Of a stretch of DNA of 64,000 bases, positions 49,894 to 63,800 are shown piece after piece. The translations under genes and the position numbers were made by a program. Position 1 is the first letter of the stretch. Each line of letters begins with the position of its first letter. Under the pieces are notes generated by a model. It did no database searches. It was not told the origin of the DNA and saw only the letters and a program-made list of their open reading frames with translations. The DNA is from the human T2T-CHM13v2.0 reference genome, Homo sapiens, in assembly GCA_009914755.4 (NCBI GenBank), contig CP068257.2, forward strand, positions 24,768,001 to 24,832,000, read 5' to 3'.

Positions 49894-52713
49894 ATTTTGT
49901 TCTTAAGAAGACAGTGGCCTTGCAGAAGTCTTCATCATCTGAAAGCTGGTTAGTGGTAGAGTTGAGACTAGAACCCAGGTCTCCTGCTTGTTTTCTCAAA
50001 TAAATACATAATGCAAACACAGAACAGTTGAGAAGAGATGCTGGTCTATTTTAATATATTAGTTGACTCGGATATTTTTAAAAGAATGAAAGTGTCTCAG
50101 TCAGGGCCTTGGTAAGAAGTCGATGGCTACCCATATTGAGTAATTTGAAGAGAGTTCATGAAATGCGTGGATAGAGTGAAGGGAAACTACAGGCGGTAGT
50201 GCAGTACTCCATGACTAGCAGCAATAGGGAAGCTTTGGCAGTCCTAGGTCTAAAAGGGGAAGGAGAGAAGCTAGAAATATAGCTGTTTGGAGAAGGCATC
50301 CCATGGGAATTGGACTTTTGTTTGAGAGGCACCATCCAGATAAATACTTCAAGTAAGTATTCCATCTTCACTCTCCTTTTTCTTTCTGCTTTCCTGAATG
50401 GCCTCTCCATTGGCCAAATTCAACCAGAAGCACAACTGTCAAGGGAAGTCCTTGGTGCAGTCCAAGCAGTGTAGACTCCTGGGCAGAAATAGAGGGGAGG
50501 GTGTGGAGAGTGGATTTGTAAAGGGAAGGGGAATGTGTACACAGTACAAAAAAGGTTTAATGTCAATGGTCATCTTACCTTTTATTTCTATTAGACATTT
50601 TGTTCATCCAACACTTTTAGATATCTTATGTCATGCCAGATATTTGCTCAAAAAATCATTATATAATGAAGTGACGTGTGGTCCTCATTTTTAATTCTGC
50701 TGACATTGTAAAGAACTTGTGCCAATATCATGGTCAATTCACATAAAAATTAAATAATGAATTTATCTAAATTGTTCAATATAATTATTGTATTAATTCA
50801 TTTCAATTTGGCAAAACAATAGTTTCAGGTAAGTACTATTTTAAGGCTACTTATGCTGTACTAGGAGAAAAGGATTAGTCATTGAAATCATTGTATTCTG
50901 CATGTAATACAGAAGGCAGGAGCCCAGGTTGAGCTTAACTGCTCACTCTCAGCATTTAAAGGACTGAGCTCGGGGAGCGGCTCTACCAAGATTTTCTTTG
51001 CATGAGAGACTAAGAAGTCTCCTAGGCAAGGTTCATCCTAGGGGAAGAAAGAGTTAGAATTATGTTCCCATAAAAATGTCCCGGGTTTCTGAGGAGAATA
51101 TAATTGTTTTAATATAATAAAAGCACAATACCTATCACTAGAATTTGCCTAAAGATTATGAATTGAAACATTTACAGTATCCAAAACTGTAAAATGGGGA
51201 TAATAATAATACCTATGCCATGGGTTTGAGAGGATTAAATGTAAGTTAAATGTAAATTGCTTAGAACAGTGCTTGGTGCACACATACACACACACACTTA
51301 CTGTTATTATTAATTAAGGTAACACATTTCTAGGGATGATTCCATTGAGAATCAATGTTTTTACAGTGGTATTACTGCTTCTCAGAACGTGGATAAATGC
51401 ATTATTTCTCTCCATACGTATTAAATAATAATAGCACAAAAGCTGGTTGCAATTTTATAACCCATTTTCAGCCAATTTTAGTGTTTTTGTTTCTTTTCAG
51501 AATATTCAGTAGTTTTTCAACATACCCTGGAGAAATGGTAACGTGAAAACTATGGCATCTTATTTTAGTAAAATACCTTAGTGTATCCTTTGGACATTGC
51601 TTCTGAAGTCTAAATTACATTAGAATCTATTCTATGGATATACAATTCATGAAGCAATTATTTTCTGATATTCAGTTGGTATTCTTTTTATGTAAGAAAC
51701 GAGAAGCTTAATTTTAAGAATTATAAAAGTGCCTCTCCCAAACTGACATGTTATCCTGTTCCCACTAAGTGAGTCATTCAAGATGAGCACATTCCTCTTA
51801 TGAAGGGGCACGTGTTAATACTGCACTTAAAGGCACGATTTAACTCTATCTGGATTGACATGTACATCAATTAAAAACTATGAAGCTACAGCCTTTGTTC
51901 AGTTGTCTGACTCATACTTTAGATTATGGACTACACTTAGAATATGCTACTCACTACAAACTCACTTCCTCTAATTCTTAAAGTTCTTTTAATATTCCTT
52001 CATGTCAAATATTAGTTGCTTACTTAATATATTCAATCATTTTTACCATGTCCCAAATATCATGTAGGTACTCCCTGAGGACTACAAATATCCAAGGGAC
52101 AGTCTTGGCTCTCAAAGAGCTTAGAATCTAATGGAGGAGACAGACATTTACACAAATCTATTACAAGGCTACAAGAGGGGTATTGGATTAGGTACCAAAA
52201 TGGCTGGAGGTGGGAAATGATTAATTCTGATTGGAAAATTTGCCAGGGTCCTCTTCTCCGGGTATCAGCTCTTTACCTAGATCTGGAAAGATGAGGAGGG
52301 TTTCTGCAGCTTAAGTGAGGGTTTATCTATCCTCAGGCAAGGAGGTAAGGGAATTAGCACCGTGTGTTCAGGTGGTGGCAAGGGATGAGGAGGGTGGTCT
52401 CCAAATGCATTTTCACAGGTAAAGCAGGAGTTGAACTCTGAATGCTTTATCCCTTTGGATGGCTTTCAAGTTCCTTTCTAGTCAATAGGGAAGATGATAT
52501 GCAAAATGTGTGATAATCAAGACATTAACTGATAAGGTACAAAAATGGGGAATCTGATCGCTTGGATCTCTTCGGATTTTAGTCAGAGAAAATTATTCAT
52601 CTTGCAGACCATGGAAACAATGCAAGATATCTTATTCATTTATTAGCCATGACGAAACGAGATTCAGAAAATGATTCTCTTGCTTCTTCCTCACATTTAG
52701 AAATGGCAGGTAT

Positions 52714-53026
52714 GGTTCAGGCATGGTGGCTTACACCTGTAATTTCAGCACTTTGGGAGGCCAAGGCAAGAGGATTGCTTGAGGCCAGGAGTTCGAGATC
52801 AGCCTGAGCAACATAGCAAGACCCCATCTTTACAAAAAAATAAACAAATTAGCCAGGTTTCATGGCACGCACCTGTATTCCCAGCTACTGGGGAGACTGA
52901 GGTGGGAGGATCATTTGAGCCCAGGAGTTGAGGCTGCAGTGAGTCATGATCATTTCCCTGCACTCTAGCCTAGGTGGCAGAATGAAACCCTGTCTCTGAA
53001 GAAAGAACAAACAACAATTAAAAAAG
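52714..53026 (+). mobile_element. AluJ-type Alu with A-rich tail
   Basis: Reads ggttcaggcatggtggcttacacctgtaatttcagcactttgggaggccaaggcaagaggattgcttgaggccaggagttcgagatcagcctgagcaacatagcaagaccccatctttacaaaaaaataaacaaattagccagg.... Confidence 0.88.
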
Positions 53027-53087
53027 AAATGACAGGTGATACACACTCAAAAGCTATTCATGACTGGGTTAGAAAAAGGAGAACAGA

Positions 53088-53425
<338 letters not shown>

Positions 53426-54429
53426 TTAAAAAACAATTTCTCCTTCATGCTTCCAGAGAAGGCAAATATTCCTAACACATGTTCCCCCAGTTCCAACCAT
53501 TTCCTTGGATTGGATGTTTATTTTTAGGGAAGGCATTCAGGATTAGCTTAGGTAGCAACTTGATCCACTGAACACTCATCTGGGAACTTGTCTTGGAATT
53601 ATTTTCTTGATGAAGATTAAATATCTAGGAACAGAGTTGAAACAAAGGTTAGAACTGGGACTATTTTAAGACTCGTCCATAAAGGTATGTGGTGTATGTG
53701 CTGTACTTCATTCCCTGCCTAATACGATGGGCTTTAGTGCAGCTCATAAATGAAGTTCATGAGAAACACAAGCCTTGTGTGTATCTTTTCAGTATTTCTT
53801 AGGAATGTAGCACTTATCTAGTTAATGTGGTCCTTGAATGTTGCCAGCTCCATTCTGCTCCTGTTGGTTCAATAAAAGCAATTTGATCACAGCCAAGCAT
53901 GGCTTGGGATTCTTTCAGCTGTTGAGTTGGTACATTCTTATTAGAGGGAAGGTATTATTTTCTACATTGCCTAAACTCTAAATAATCAACTTAAGGAGAG
54001 TAAGATAAAATATCTTTGCTATGGTACACCAACTACTAAGATGGCCCCCAAAGCTCTCTGCCTCTTGGTTTCTGTGTCCTTGTGTAATTCCCTCCTCTTT
54101 TATGTGAGATGAACTTAGTGTCCTGATTCTAAAGAACAGGTTATGGCAAATGTGATGGGATATCACTTCCAATATTGGATTTCGTAAGTCTGTGACTTCT
54201 GTCTTCCTAGCACTCTCTTCCACTCCATGGCTCTTCTTGCTTGCTCTGGGGGAGCAAGCTGACACATTTAAAGTTGTCCTACAGAGAGGCCCATATGCCA
54301 AGGAATTGAGGGTGGTTTCTGGCCAATAGCTAGTGAGAAAATGAAGCTGGCACAAAAGCCTCGGAGGGACTGAATCTCGTCAATGACCATGCATGGGAGT
54401 GAGCTTGGAATCAGATACTTTCTCAGTTG

Positions 54430-54585
54430 TACATTGAGATGACAGCAGCCTGTGACAGTCCCTGAGCCAGAAGACCCAGCTAAGCCACCCTCAGATTCCT
54501 GATCCATAGAAACTGAGATAATACATGTTTCAAGCCACTAAGTTTTGAGTTAAATTTGTTACACAGCAATGGATAACAAATGCAC
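54430..54585 (+). mobile_element. MaLR-type LTR 3'-end fragment
   Basis: cagcctgtgacagtccctgagccagaagacccagctaagccaccctcagattcctgatccatagaaactgagataatacatgtttcaagccactaagttttgagttaaatttgttacacagcaatggataac has the same terminal pattern as the LTR at 34806-35225. Confidence 0.5.
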
Positions 54586-55854
54586 CTGTTTATAGAAGTG
54601 GTGAGGCTTCGGAGTGGGGCATAAAGGAAAGAGAATATGTATATTCAGTTGCAACTATCAGAGTCACCAACCCAGGTAGGATCTTTGTAACAGATGTTCT
54701 ACATATATTGTTTATAATCATTGCAACCACGTGGCAAGGATGGTGTTATTCATATATTTTGAATGAAACTGAGGTTATGGAAATGTTGTTATTTGGCTCC
54801 GTACATGTAGTTAGAAGATGACAGAGATGAGAGGGGAAACAAAGTCTCCCTTACTCTGAAGCCTTGGTTCTGTCCCCTGCATTAGAGGGATGTTAGAGGC
54901 CTGAGTGGGGTTAAGTAGGCTGGAAATCAGAATCACCTGTGGGTTGCTTTATAGTTAATCATGTCACTTTCCTTTTCTGGAGGTCCTGACAATGTTTATA
55001 CTGAACCACACTACACAGTACAGTTGCACCAAAGAGTTTTGCTCTTGCACAAGTTCAGCCATATCCCATGCAGCTTGGCCCCAAATCAGAGAATAAAAAC
55101 TATGCATTTCAGATAGGTTTTGATTGAGAATATGGTAGTTCTTGGATGCCTCTGTGGTGATTAACAAGGTGACCATGTGACTTTGGCATTCTGGTGTTAG
55201 GTTGTTTTAATTAAGTGAAAAATTAAAACAATAGTACCCAGAGCTCCACTATTTGATGAGCTTAATATACAATCTTATGTGTCCCAGTCCCTACTTTACC
55301 TACAACCAAAAGTTGGCAAAATGAGTTTGGTTAAACAAGGACAAGTTGGAAGTAGAGTGGATGTATGATGAGTGCTGCCGTCATTTGGTGGTGGGAACAT
55401 GATTATGAAAAAACAGAAGGGTAGCCTACAGCCCTGCACCTTAGGAAGATTAGGTAGCCCCACATGCTCCTGTAGTGGCTTCTGAAGCTGGGTAGGCAGC
55501 TGCAGAATTGATTAGACTCTGAGAACAGGCTGTGGCTCTGTTTCACCAGCTCTAACATCAGGTCTAAGGTCTCTCTCCTATCATCAGCCCTTCAGCTCTT
55601 GCAACAGCTTTCCTGCCCATGGCTCTGGAGAGGGCCAGATTAGCCTCTCGCTGCTCATGGTTCTCATGCAAGTTATTGTCTTGCTTCCATGGGAATGGAC
55701 TCTCCACACAAATAAGTGAAAGACATCACAATTAGCTGACAAAGTCCATAGTTTCTCCTGGAGGAGATTGGAGTGGTCTCTTTTTCAATGACTTCCTGCT
55801 ATCTCACTGCGTTTTTGCATAGATTTCTCTAGAGTGGCACTACCCAATAACGTA

Positions 55855-55990
55855 GGTAGCCCGTAGCCACATGAGGCTATGCAGCATTTGCAATGGGGTT
55901 AATGAGACAGATGAAGTAAATTTTTCATCTAATTTCATTTCAATTAATTTAAACTTAAATGACCATATGTAGCTGATGATTGCTGTGTTG
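55855..55990. mobile_element. Ancient DNA-transposon-like palindromic repeat (gccacatg.ggctat family), low confidence
   Basis: gtagcccgtagccacatgaggctatgcagcatttgcaatggggttaatgagacagatgaagtaaatttttcatctaatttcatttcaattaatttaaacttaaatgaccatatgtagctgatg resembles the common mammalian repeat containing agccacatgtggctat...aatttaaatttaaatagccacatgtggctagtggc. Confidence 0.3.
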
Positions 55991-56046
55991 GATAATATAG
56001 TTCTAGAGGTTGTTCTCATTATATTGTTGTTTTGTTAATTTATTTT

Positions 56047-56275
56047 GGGCTAATATTTATTGGACGTTTTCTATGTGCCAGGCACTATACTTAGAGTTTT
56101 GTATATATTCATCCAGTTTTTGCAGAACGCGATGAGACTGATAATATTATTTACATTTTCCAGAGCAGAAAGTTGAATCTCAGAGATGAAGTAGCCTGCT
56201 TCAAATCACACAGGCAGGAGACAGGATTCAAAATAAAGTCTGTCTGGCTCCAGCCCTGTGTTTCCTGTACAGAAG
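56047..56275 (+). mobile_element. MIR (near full length)
   Basis: tatttattggacgttttctatgtgccaggcactatacttagagttttgtatatattcatccag...cattttccagagcagaaagttgaatctcagagatgaagtagcctgcttcaaatcacacaggcaggagacaggattcaaaataaagtctgtctggctccagccctgtgtttcctg matches the MIR consensus tatttattgagcacctactatgtgccaggcactgtgctaag...cattttacagatgaggaaactgaggcacagagaggttaagtaacttgcccaaggtcacacagctagtaagtggcagagctgggattcgaacccaggcagtctggctccagagcctgtgctc. Confidence 0.7.
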
Positions 56276-58573
56276 AATGAGGCAAAGTCAGCAGAAATAG
56301 AGGGTGAAAAAAATGGACACAAGACAATGAAAATATAATCTGTGTTATAATAGGTTCTTTCACTTTATTGCTTATTGTAAACACTTTGGCCATAGCAAAT
56401 GTTAGTTTTTAAATAACCGTAATTCAAAACTTTCACATCCTATACTATTTTTCCCCAAGAAGCATCATCTATGAAAACAATCAGTGAACTCCAACAGTCT
56501 ATACTGGTAATGTGCACATTGATGCTATTATGACACTTAATACAAATAGTAAAAATACTCATCTATTGTAGGCTTATGGGTTTGTAAAATGCCTTAAGGG
56601 AGGCCATAAACAACTCAAAGAAGAGATGGTGTGGACTGAACTGGCTTCTATTTGGGGAAAATTTGCAGAATATAGGAGGTACGCAATAAATGTTTATTGA
56701 TGGTGAAGATGAGAAAACCCTATTTCTGCTGATCTTTCCTTTCCGTTTTCCTTAAAGAATATAAGGTATATTTGTATTCAGCATTCTCAGAATCATCACA
56801 GAAACCCTGGCACTTTGAGAGTCTTAGCCACAGTGTAATTGGGTCTGACCACACGCAGAAGAAAAATAAATTAAAGCATATGTACTATTAAAATTGCACT
56901 GAAAACTTTATGTAAGTCAGGGAGCCCCTCACCAGAACAGGCTGAAACTCTTGAATGCTTTGCATCCTCATATATAAGAAAATCATCAGTGCTTAAAGAT
57001 CAAGGAACTCATTCAAAACAAATTCAGCCTTTGGACCTTACTGGCAGGTAGGTTATATTTCAGTCAGATCAATATCTTTCTAATATAGGTATTTGAAAGT
57101 AATATATGCTACTTATAATAATGATATAGTAAGCTTCTTATCTGCAAGTACAGGTACTATAACTTACACCTTAAAATGCTTTGTTTGATTGTTTCATTCA
57201 GCAAAATTCTTGGCACTGTTTTGGGATTTCACTGAATTTTGATGATGATATTGGATTAAGCATTTTAGATTTAATTGTAAAATGACACAAAAATCTAATC
57301 ATCTATTTCCAATGTTCAATATACAATTTTTATAAATACATGAAACAATTCATATAAAAATATAAATGTTAAGGTCACTCACAGCAAAATATGGCACATT
57401 AGAATTATTTATTAAATGCTTTATACATATAAAGGTAGGCACTTCATAAAATTTGCATTTTGGTAAAAGGCAACAATTTGATGTCAGTATCTTAATTGTG
57501 TCATTAACTTTTTTAAGAGAACAGATTATCAAAATTTTACGAAGAAGAAAAAAATAATAGTTTTAAGGAAATCTACAGAAGGGAATCTGAACTTCATTTC
57601 CCACTTTATTTTTGCGAGTCTGTTGTGTATCTTCATGGTCAAGTTCTGAGATTTTTGCTCCCTGACCTAAAATCCTGTGGGAATAATTGATTTCTCATCT
57701 TTTACTTGGAAGTGAAGTGTCTGCTACCTGTGGAACTTGATACAATTTTTTTTTTCTCCCCACAGTTAGAATAACCTTTATTCTGATCCACTATAAAGCC
57801 AGATGATTTTTAGGTGGCAGTAGCTGGCATTGAAGAGTTCTTGGCTTCAAGCGGCTGTTGAGTCTTTTTGGTCTTGTTTTAACTCCCTAATTAAATAAAT
57901 AAGATCCAACTCTTTCTGTTGTATTCACTCCTGGACATATAGAAATTCACTTCACACCCACCTAAAATACGAGCAGAACTTCTGAGGCCCAATGAACCCA
58001 TCTACTATTTGATTTTGTTATCCCTTCTGGAGCGTGTCTCTACCAAGAGCTTCACAAAGCAATCTAGTCATTGCTCTTTCTTGTACTAAAACCAGAGTAC
58101 CCATCCTGTAACTTCCATCAGGACCTCAAACAGTGCTAGGCACATAGTAAACTCTTAGGCACTCAAAATACATTTATTGATGAATGAAAGAATGAACAAT
58201 TCTAGTTCTGACTTTTAAAGCTATATAGAATAAAGTTGCTTCCTTGTGTGGGCCAAATCATTCTCCCATCCTACTTAGATCTTCTTTTTTTCCAGGATCA
58301 ATACTGAAACTTTCTTCACCTAGCCCTTAAACAACATGATTATCAGATATTTTGTCAATTACATTACTCTTCCCTGAATGTGCTTAGGTGGATCAGCAGA
58401 TCTCTTAAAATGTGGTTCCATAGAACCAAACATTAATACTCCAGATGGGGTCAGCTTTGAGCAGAGTAGAAATCCTATATCTCCTAGCAGGGATATTCCA
58501 CCTGACACATTATCTGACCCCAAAAAGTATTCCTTGGAGCAATTCTTTCCTGCCTGTTTCTGAGTAGAGGCAT

Positions 58574-58579
58574 TTTATT
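58574..58579 (-). promoter_or_regulatory. Putative polyadenylation signal (AATAAA on minus) about 47 nt downstream of the candidate stop codon
   Basis: Plus-strand tttatt in ggcattttattccagg, so the minus strand reads ggaataaaatgcc. Confidence 0.25.
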
Positions 58580-58625
58580 CCAGGCAAGATCGCCCATTGG
58601 CACATGTTCTGTTCTGGGAGATAGA

Positions 58626-58832
<207 letters not shown>

Positions 58833-60303
58833 CTAGATACTTTGGGAGGGGACATAAATTGTGGCTGCAAAAATCTTAGTTTTATTAGGTCAGGACCACA
58901 TATGTATGAAAGGGTAAGTGCTCTAAAATGTGGTATCATGGGTCAAAGTGTTAAGAACTGGTTGTTTAGAGAAAGTTTCTTGAAAATATGATGCTGAAGT
59001 GGCAGAAAGAGAAGGTGAGGGACAATTCAGGTTGATCAAAAGCACTGAAGCGGGAGAGCCCTTCATCTCAAGCAAAAGTACATGAAAGGGAGAATGGGAA
59101 AAGACAATGAGGAGTGCGGTTATATCACCATGGTGGGCTCTGAATGCAATGTAGAATGTATAACATGTAGCTATCAGAGATTCTTTGAACATGGTAGTGA
59201 ATATGCTTTGAGAAAACCACTCTCAGCAGTCAACAGAGGCAGAGGTAGATAAAAGAAAAGCTGCAACAATGTAATGGCATATGTGAGGGATGATAAGGGA
59301 CTCATGACAGTGAGGGAAAAACATTCTAACAGTCCTTGAGCAACCAAGTCTTTAGGTGATGACTGGGTGTGTGGAGAAAGAGAGGAGAAAGTGAAAGAAG
59401 GGGTTGAGGTATTAGGTACCAAGTACAGGACTCCTATAATTGGAGGGGGGTGGAACCATTACAGAAATATGAAGAAGACAAAAAAGGAGGACAAGTAGGT
59501 TAGGAAATGAAGATGAAACATTTAATTTTCTGAATCTTATATGAAAAATTTTCTTTATTTTGTTACTGTACCATATGTCAGTGTTTTAAGAAAGTTTTTA
59601 AATTTTAAATAATTTTATTTTTTTGAATTGACAAATAATAATTGTACATATTCATGGGGTACAGAGTGATGTTTTGATATGCATAATGTATAATAATCAA
59701 ATCAGGGCAACTGGCATACCCATCATCTCAAACATTTGTCATTTCTTTATGCTGGGAACATTTAGTATCCTCCTTCTACCCATTTGAAACTATATATTAT
59801 TGTTGACTATAGTCATCCAGTGGTATAGAACACTGGAACTTATTCCTCCTATCTAGCTGTAATTTTATATCCTTTAATAAATTTCTCCCTATCCATCCTT
59901 TTTCCTACCCTTCTCAGCCTCTAGTATCCTCTGTTCTACCTTTTAATATACTTTATGATGACTATACATAAAAGTCTATTTTGTAGTGGTTTCAGTTCCT
60001 TTCTCTAGTGTTGAAAAAGAAGTACTCCTTGAGCTGAAATTTATCCACGTTTCCAAGAACTGAATCATTTTGCAACATCTGAGCAACTCCCTCAGCAACC
60101 AGTCTGATGAACTGCCAGTAGCTGAATCATCATCAGGATCCTGATGCTGCTTGGAAACTGACATGCCTTAATTGCCTACTGTGAATGTAACCCAAATCAC
60201 AAGACCAGTGTCATAATAATGCAAATAAGTGGGCATGCTCTTAATACTAGAATGGCAGAAAGGAACACACAACATTTCAACAAACTTTTCTAAATGTCTT
60301 CTA

Positions 60304-60385
60304 TTAGGTTGATGCAAAAGTAATTGCAGTTTTTGCCATTAAAGTAATTGCAAAAACTGCAATTGCTTTTGCAAACGAACCTTAA
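60304..60385. mobile_element. MADE1 (Hsmar1-derived mariner MITE), about 80-bp near-perfect palindrome
   Basis: ttaggttgatgcaaaagtaattgcagtttttgccattaaagtaattgcaaaaactgcaattgcttttgcaaacgaaccttaa matches the MADE1 consensus TTAGGTTGGTGCAAAAGTAATTGCGGTTTTTGCCATTAAAAGTAATGGCAAAAACCGCAATTACTTTTGCACCAACCTAA. Confidence 0.9.
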
Positions 60386-60481
60386 TTTGTACTCTTTCTA
60401 ATAAGAATTTGACAGTGTTCTGATAAACAGACATAGACATACATAGGGCTTCCACTGATATGCAGAAAAAAACTATGTTTT

Positions 60482-60853
60482 TGATATGGTTTGGCTCTGT
60501 GTCCCCACCCAAATGTCATGCCATTTTGTAATTCCCAATGTTGGGGGAGGGACTTGGTGGGAGGTGATTGGATCATGGGGGTGGATTTCCCCCTTGCTGT
60601 TCTCATGAAGTTTTTACAAGATCTGGTTGTTTCAAAGTGTGTAGCACTTCCCTCTTCTTTCTGTCTTGTGCTGGCCACGTGAAGATGTGCTTGCTTCCCC
60701 TTCCCCTTCCGCCATGATTGTAAATTTCCTGAGGACTCGCCAGCCATGCTTCCTGTACATCCAGTGGTACTGTGAGTCAGTTAAACCTCTTTTCTCCATA
60801 AATTACCCAGACTCGGGTATGTCTTTATAGCAGTGTGAGAATGGACTAATACA
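60482..60853 (+). mobile_element. MaLR solo LTR (MST/THE1 family) with probable 4-5-bp TSD (ttttt / atttt)
   Basis: Reads tgatatggtttggctctgtgtccccacccaaatgtcatgccattttgtaattcccaatgttgggggagggacttggtgggaggtgattggatcatgggggtggatttcccccttgctgttctcatgaag...cttccccttccccttccgccatgattgtaaatttcctgaggactcgccagccatgcttcctgtacatccagtggtactgtgagtcagttaaacctcttttctccataaattacccagactcgggtatgtctttatagcagtgtgagaatggactaataca. Confidence 0.88.
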
Positions 60854-63800
60854 ATTTTCTTCTGGATCTTTTTAGTTTGCCTATCTTTACCAAGAGCTTG
60901 ATGATTTGAACCACTGACTGATTGCCCTGTACTTGGAGGATGTGAGGAAGCAGAATTGAGCCAATAAAGAGAAGAGGAAGAAGGAGCCACAGAACTGAGT
61001 GGGATGTCCCCTGAGCACTCCTTGGTGGAGCAAAAGTCTTGCAAGTCTCTAGTGCGCTGGGCAGGCTGAGGGCGTTCAGCCGAGAACACAGCTCTGTAAA
61101 TACATCAGCGAGGATGCATATATACAGTTTCCCCAGTGCTCCCTCAGACCCTTGGAGGCTGGGCTACTCCAAGCTCTGTTTCCTGCAAAAAAATGGAGTA
61201 AGTCCTGTGGAGTCTAAATACACATTCCCTCTGCATTATACCCACGCCTCGACTTCATTATATCTAGGAGCACTGAGACAAAGAGATTTATAACAAACTT
61301 CATCCAAGCCAAGAATGAAACACGGCAGCCTCCATGCAGCAGGAAACCCATTGATCTGTTTCTTATAAGCATGTGGTTCTATGCTGTTTTTCTGCCAAAG
61401 CTTTTCCCTGCCTCCCACTTGAGGAGCATACACCAGCTGATTCTGCAGATTGACTCTACATCATTCTCTGTCATGAAGCCATGGCATGTGTTTATGCGTC
61501 TGTAACAAAGCGTTTATATTCTGCCATCTGCATAAAAACTGCTGAAGGACATTTCAGCAAGAATCCCTATGGTTTATGCAGCTGCATGTTGAACATGAAA
61601 ATCTAAGATATGACAGTGGTCTTTCATTCATACAACCTTTGAATTTTGGTAAAGTTCTGATGTAATGTTAAAGAGTGGTATTTTGAGGACTACGCATCAA
61701 GATATAAACATGGCACATCTTTTATAATATCAGCCACTGGAAGACATTTGAAATAATATTTGTATAATTGTGGGCTGTATTATCTTTCTTTCTTGCACAT
61801 AATAAAGTTTCACTGGAAGTAAACTTTTCAAGTATCAATTTTAGAATTCCTGATTCATCCTAAGCGGTTTTGTTCTTTTTTTACAGGTGAAATCATACTT
61901 AAAAGTTGTATGTATGCAGCTGGAGATACGTGCCTTTGAAATCCTTTCATAACCAATATTCTAATCTCCTATTTAAGTAGGGTAAATAGGCCATTTATCC
62001 TCAACATCTGATACAGCTGTCTACAATATTAAAACATTTAGCAATACCATGAAATTCGGAGAAGAAATGTAATGTTTTCTACCCACTCAGGCCAATATTT
62101 CTAAAGCTAATGTGGTGGGAAGATGCGTGGTGTTACCCAAACTATTCACAATTATTTCAGAAAATTTGGAAACAGAAGAAAATCATCCATAATTTTGTCA
62201 CCCCAATTTAACAAATCATATCTTTAAATACTGTCTCTTAGTCATTTGTGCGTAGTTGCATCCTTGCAGTCACAGAGTATGGCCTATACTTTTTCACTTT
62301 GTATTACAATGCAAGTCTTTTCATTCTGCTGCATATTCTTCATAAGCTTTATTAATGGCTGCCTTAGCAGTTATTCCATCCACTATTCACTATTTTGAGG
62401 TTAATTTTTTATTATAATTAATGTAATGATGAATATCTTCTTACACATAGACTTTTTAATTATTTTTTTTTTAGAATAAAATTCCAGGAATTAATTAGCT
62501 GGCTTAAGTAACACATACATTTTATTGCTTAGAATACATTATAAAACTACTTTCAAAAATAATTATTTCATCTTGTAAGGGTATACAAGTACATTATCAT
62601 TTAATATTTTAGTAAATTAAGTAAAAATTTAGGTCTTTGTTTTACTTGATCATTTCTTTTGATAACAGCTAGGTTTGACACTGTTTTACATCTTGTCCAC
62701 TGTTTGTTATTCATATTGAGTGAATTTTTTGTTGTTGCTCTGGACTGGTGATAGTTTCTAAATGAGGATCTTAATTTCAATGAAGATATAAGTAAGATAT
62801 AAAAAAGTGCACAAAATTATATATCTTTTAATAAAAACTCTTTGTCAAAATGGTTTATTATATAATTTTTACCTTACTGACATTCTGAAGTTTAAAACCA
62901 TAACAAAATATATAGTTATTCATTTAAAAAATCCCTTCTGTGTTATTTCCAAGTTTAAAAATTAGTCTTCTTTTTCAGATAGTTGATACATAACTATCCT
63001 GTTTCTGAGTTTACCCATTTAAATTTATGTATTTAATGCTTCGCTACATGTGTTATTTTATTTGGTATATTTTTGCATCAAAGTTTATTTTTTCTAAGTT
63101 TTAAATATTGGTTAGGCCGAATTATCTAAATGTGGCTTATTAAATAATCCTCAATTTTTATATTCTTTTGCTATGTCTCCTTTACAGTATATAAAATTCT
63201 AATATACCTGTTCTATTCCAATGACCAAGGTGTATCTTTTTGTACCAGACATACCTCAATTTAATTATTACTGATTTTAAATAGTTTTGATACCTGGTAG
63301 AACTGATGAATCTCATGCCTTATATTTAAAGACAATTGCTTATTGCAAACCTTCTCATCTACTCTCCCCCAAACCCCACTACTCACAATTTTCCTTAACC
63401 CCACCCAGAACAGAGAGTTTAAATAAAGGCCCACACAGCTCCTGGCAAGACCTCCATTACCCGCATCCCCAGCCACATAAACTCAATACTGCCCATTTAT
63501 CCTCTACAATGGCCTAACATGCAAAGATATAGTATAACCTATTGTTCCCCTTCCACTCAGATAGCATCAAGACAAATTCCATCAAGCCTCACATCCCTCT
63601 GTCACCATGAGAAAGACAGGTTTCCTTATTGTAGACCTTTAATTCTGGAAGGCTTTGCACATCGATTTGTTAATTTTCCAAAAGTTCCCCACCCCCTTCA
63701 CTGTGCTCAGTGGAACACAGTCTGTCACCGCACCCTCTTTCCCTGCCTCCACCATGCAACTCCTGCTTTCAGAATGAAAGTTCTCCTCTGACCCTGTCTG

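Noticed and set aside
53978-54507. 125-aa and 79-aa ORFs (-)
   Set aside because: The region is unique or old-repeat DNA ending in a MaLR LTR fragment (54430-54585). There is no splice context and no CpG retention. I judged it a chance ORF.
59976-60164. 62-aa minus-strand ORF containing a CpG (aaacgtgg), upstream (in gene sense) of the PPxY exon
   Set aside because: I considered it as a possible penultimate exon of the candidate gene, but there are no convincing acceptor or donor sites and the peptide is unrecognisable. Left as noise pending transcript data.
60382-61089. Overlapping 121-aa and 102-aa ORFs on the minus strand
   Set aside because: Both run antisense through the MST solo LTR (60482-60853) and adjacent unique DNA. 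They are LTR-derived noise.
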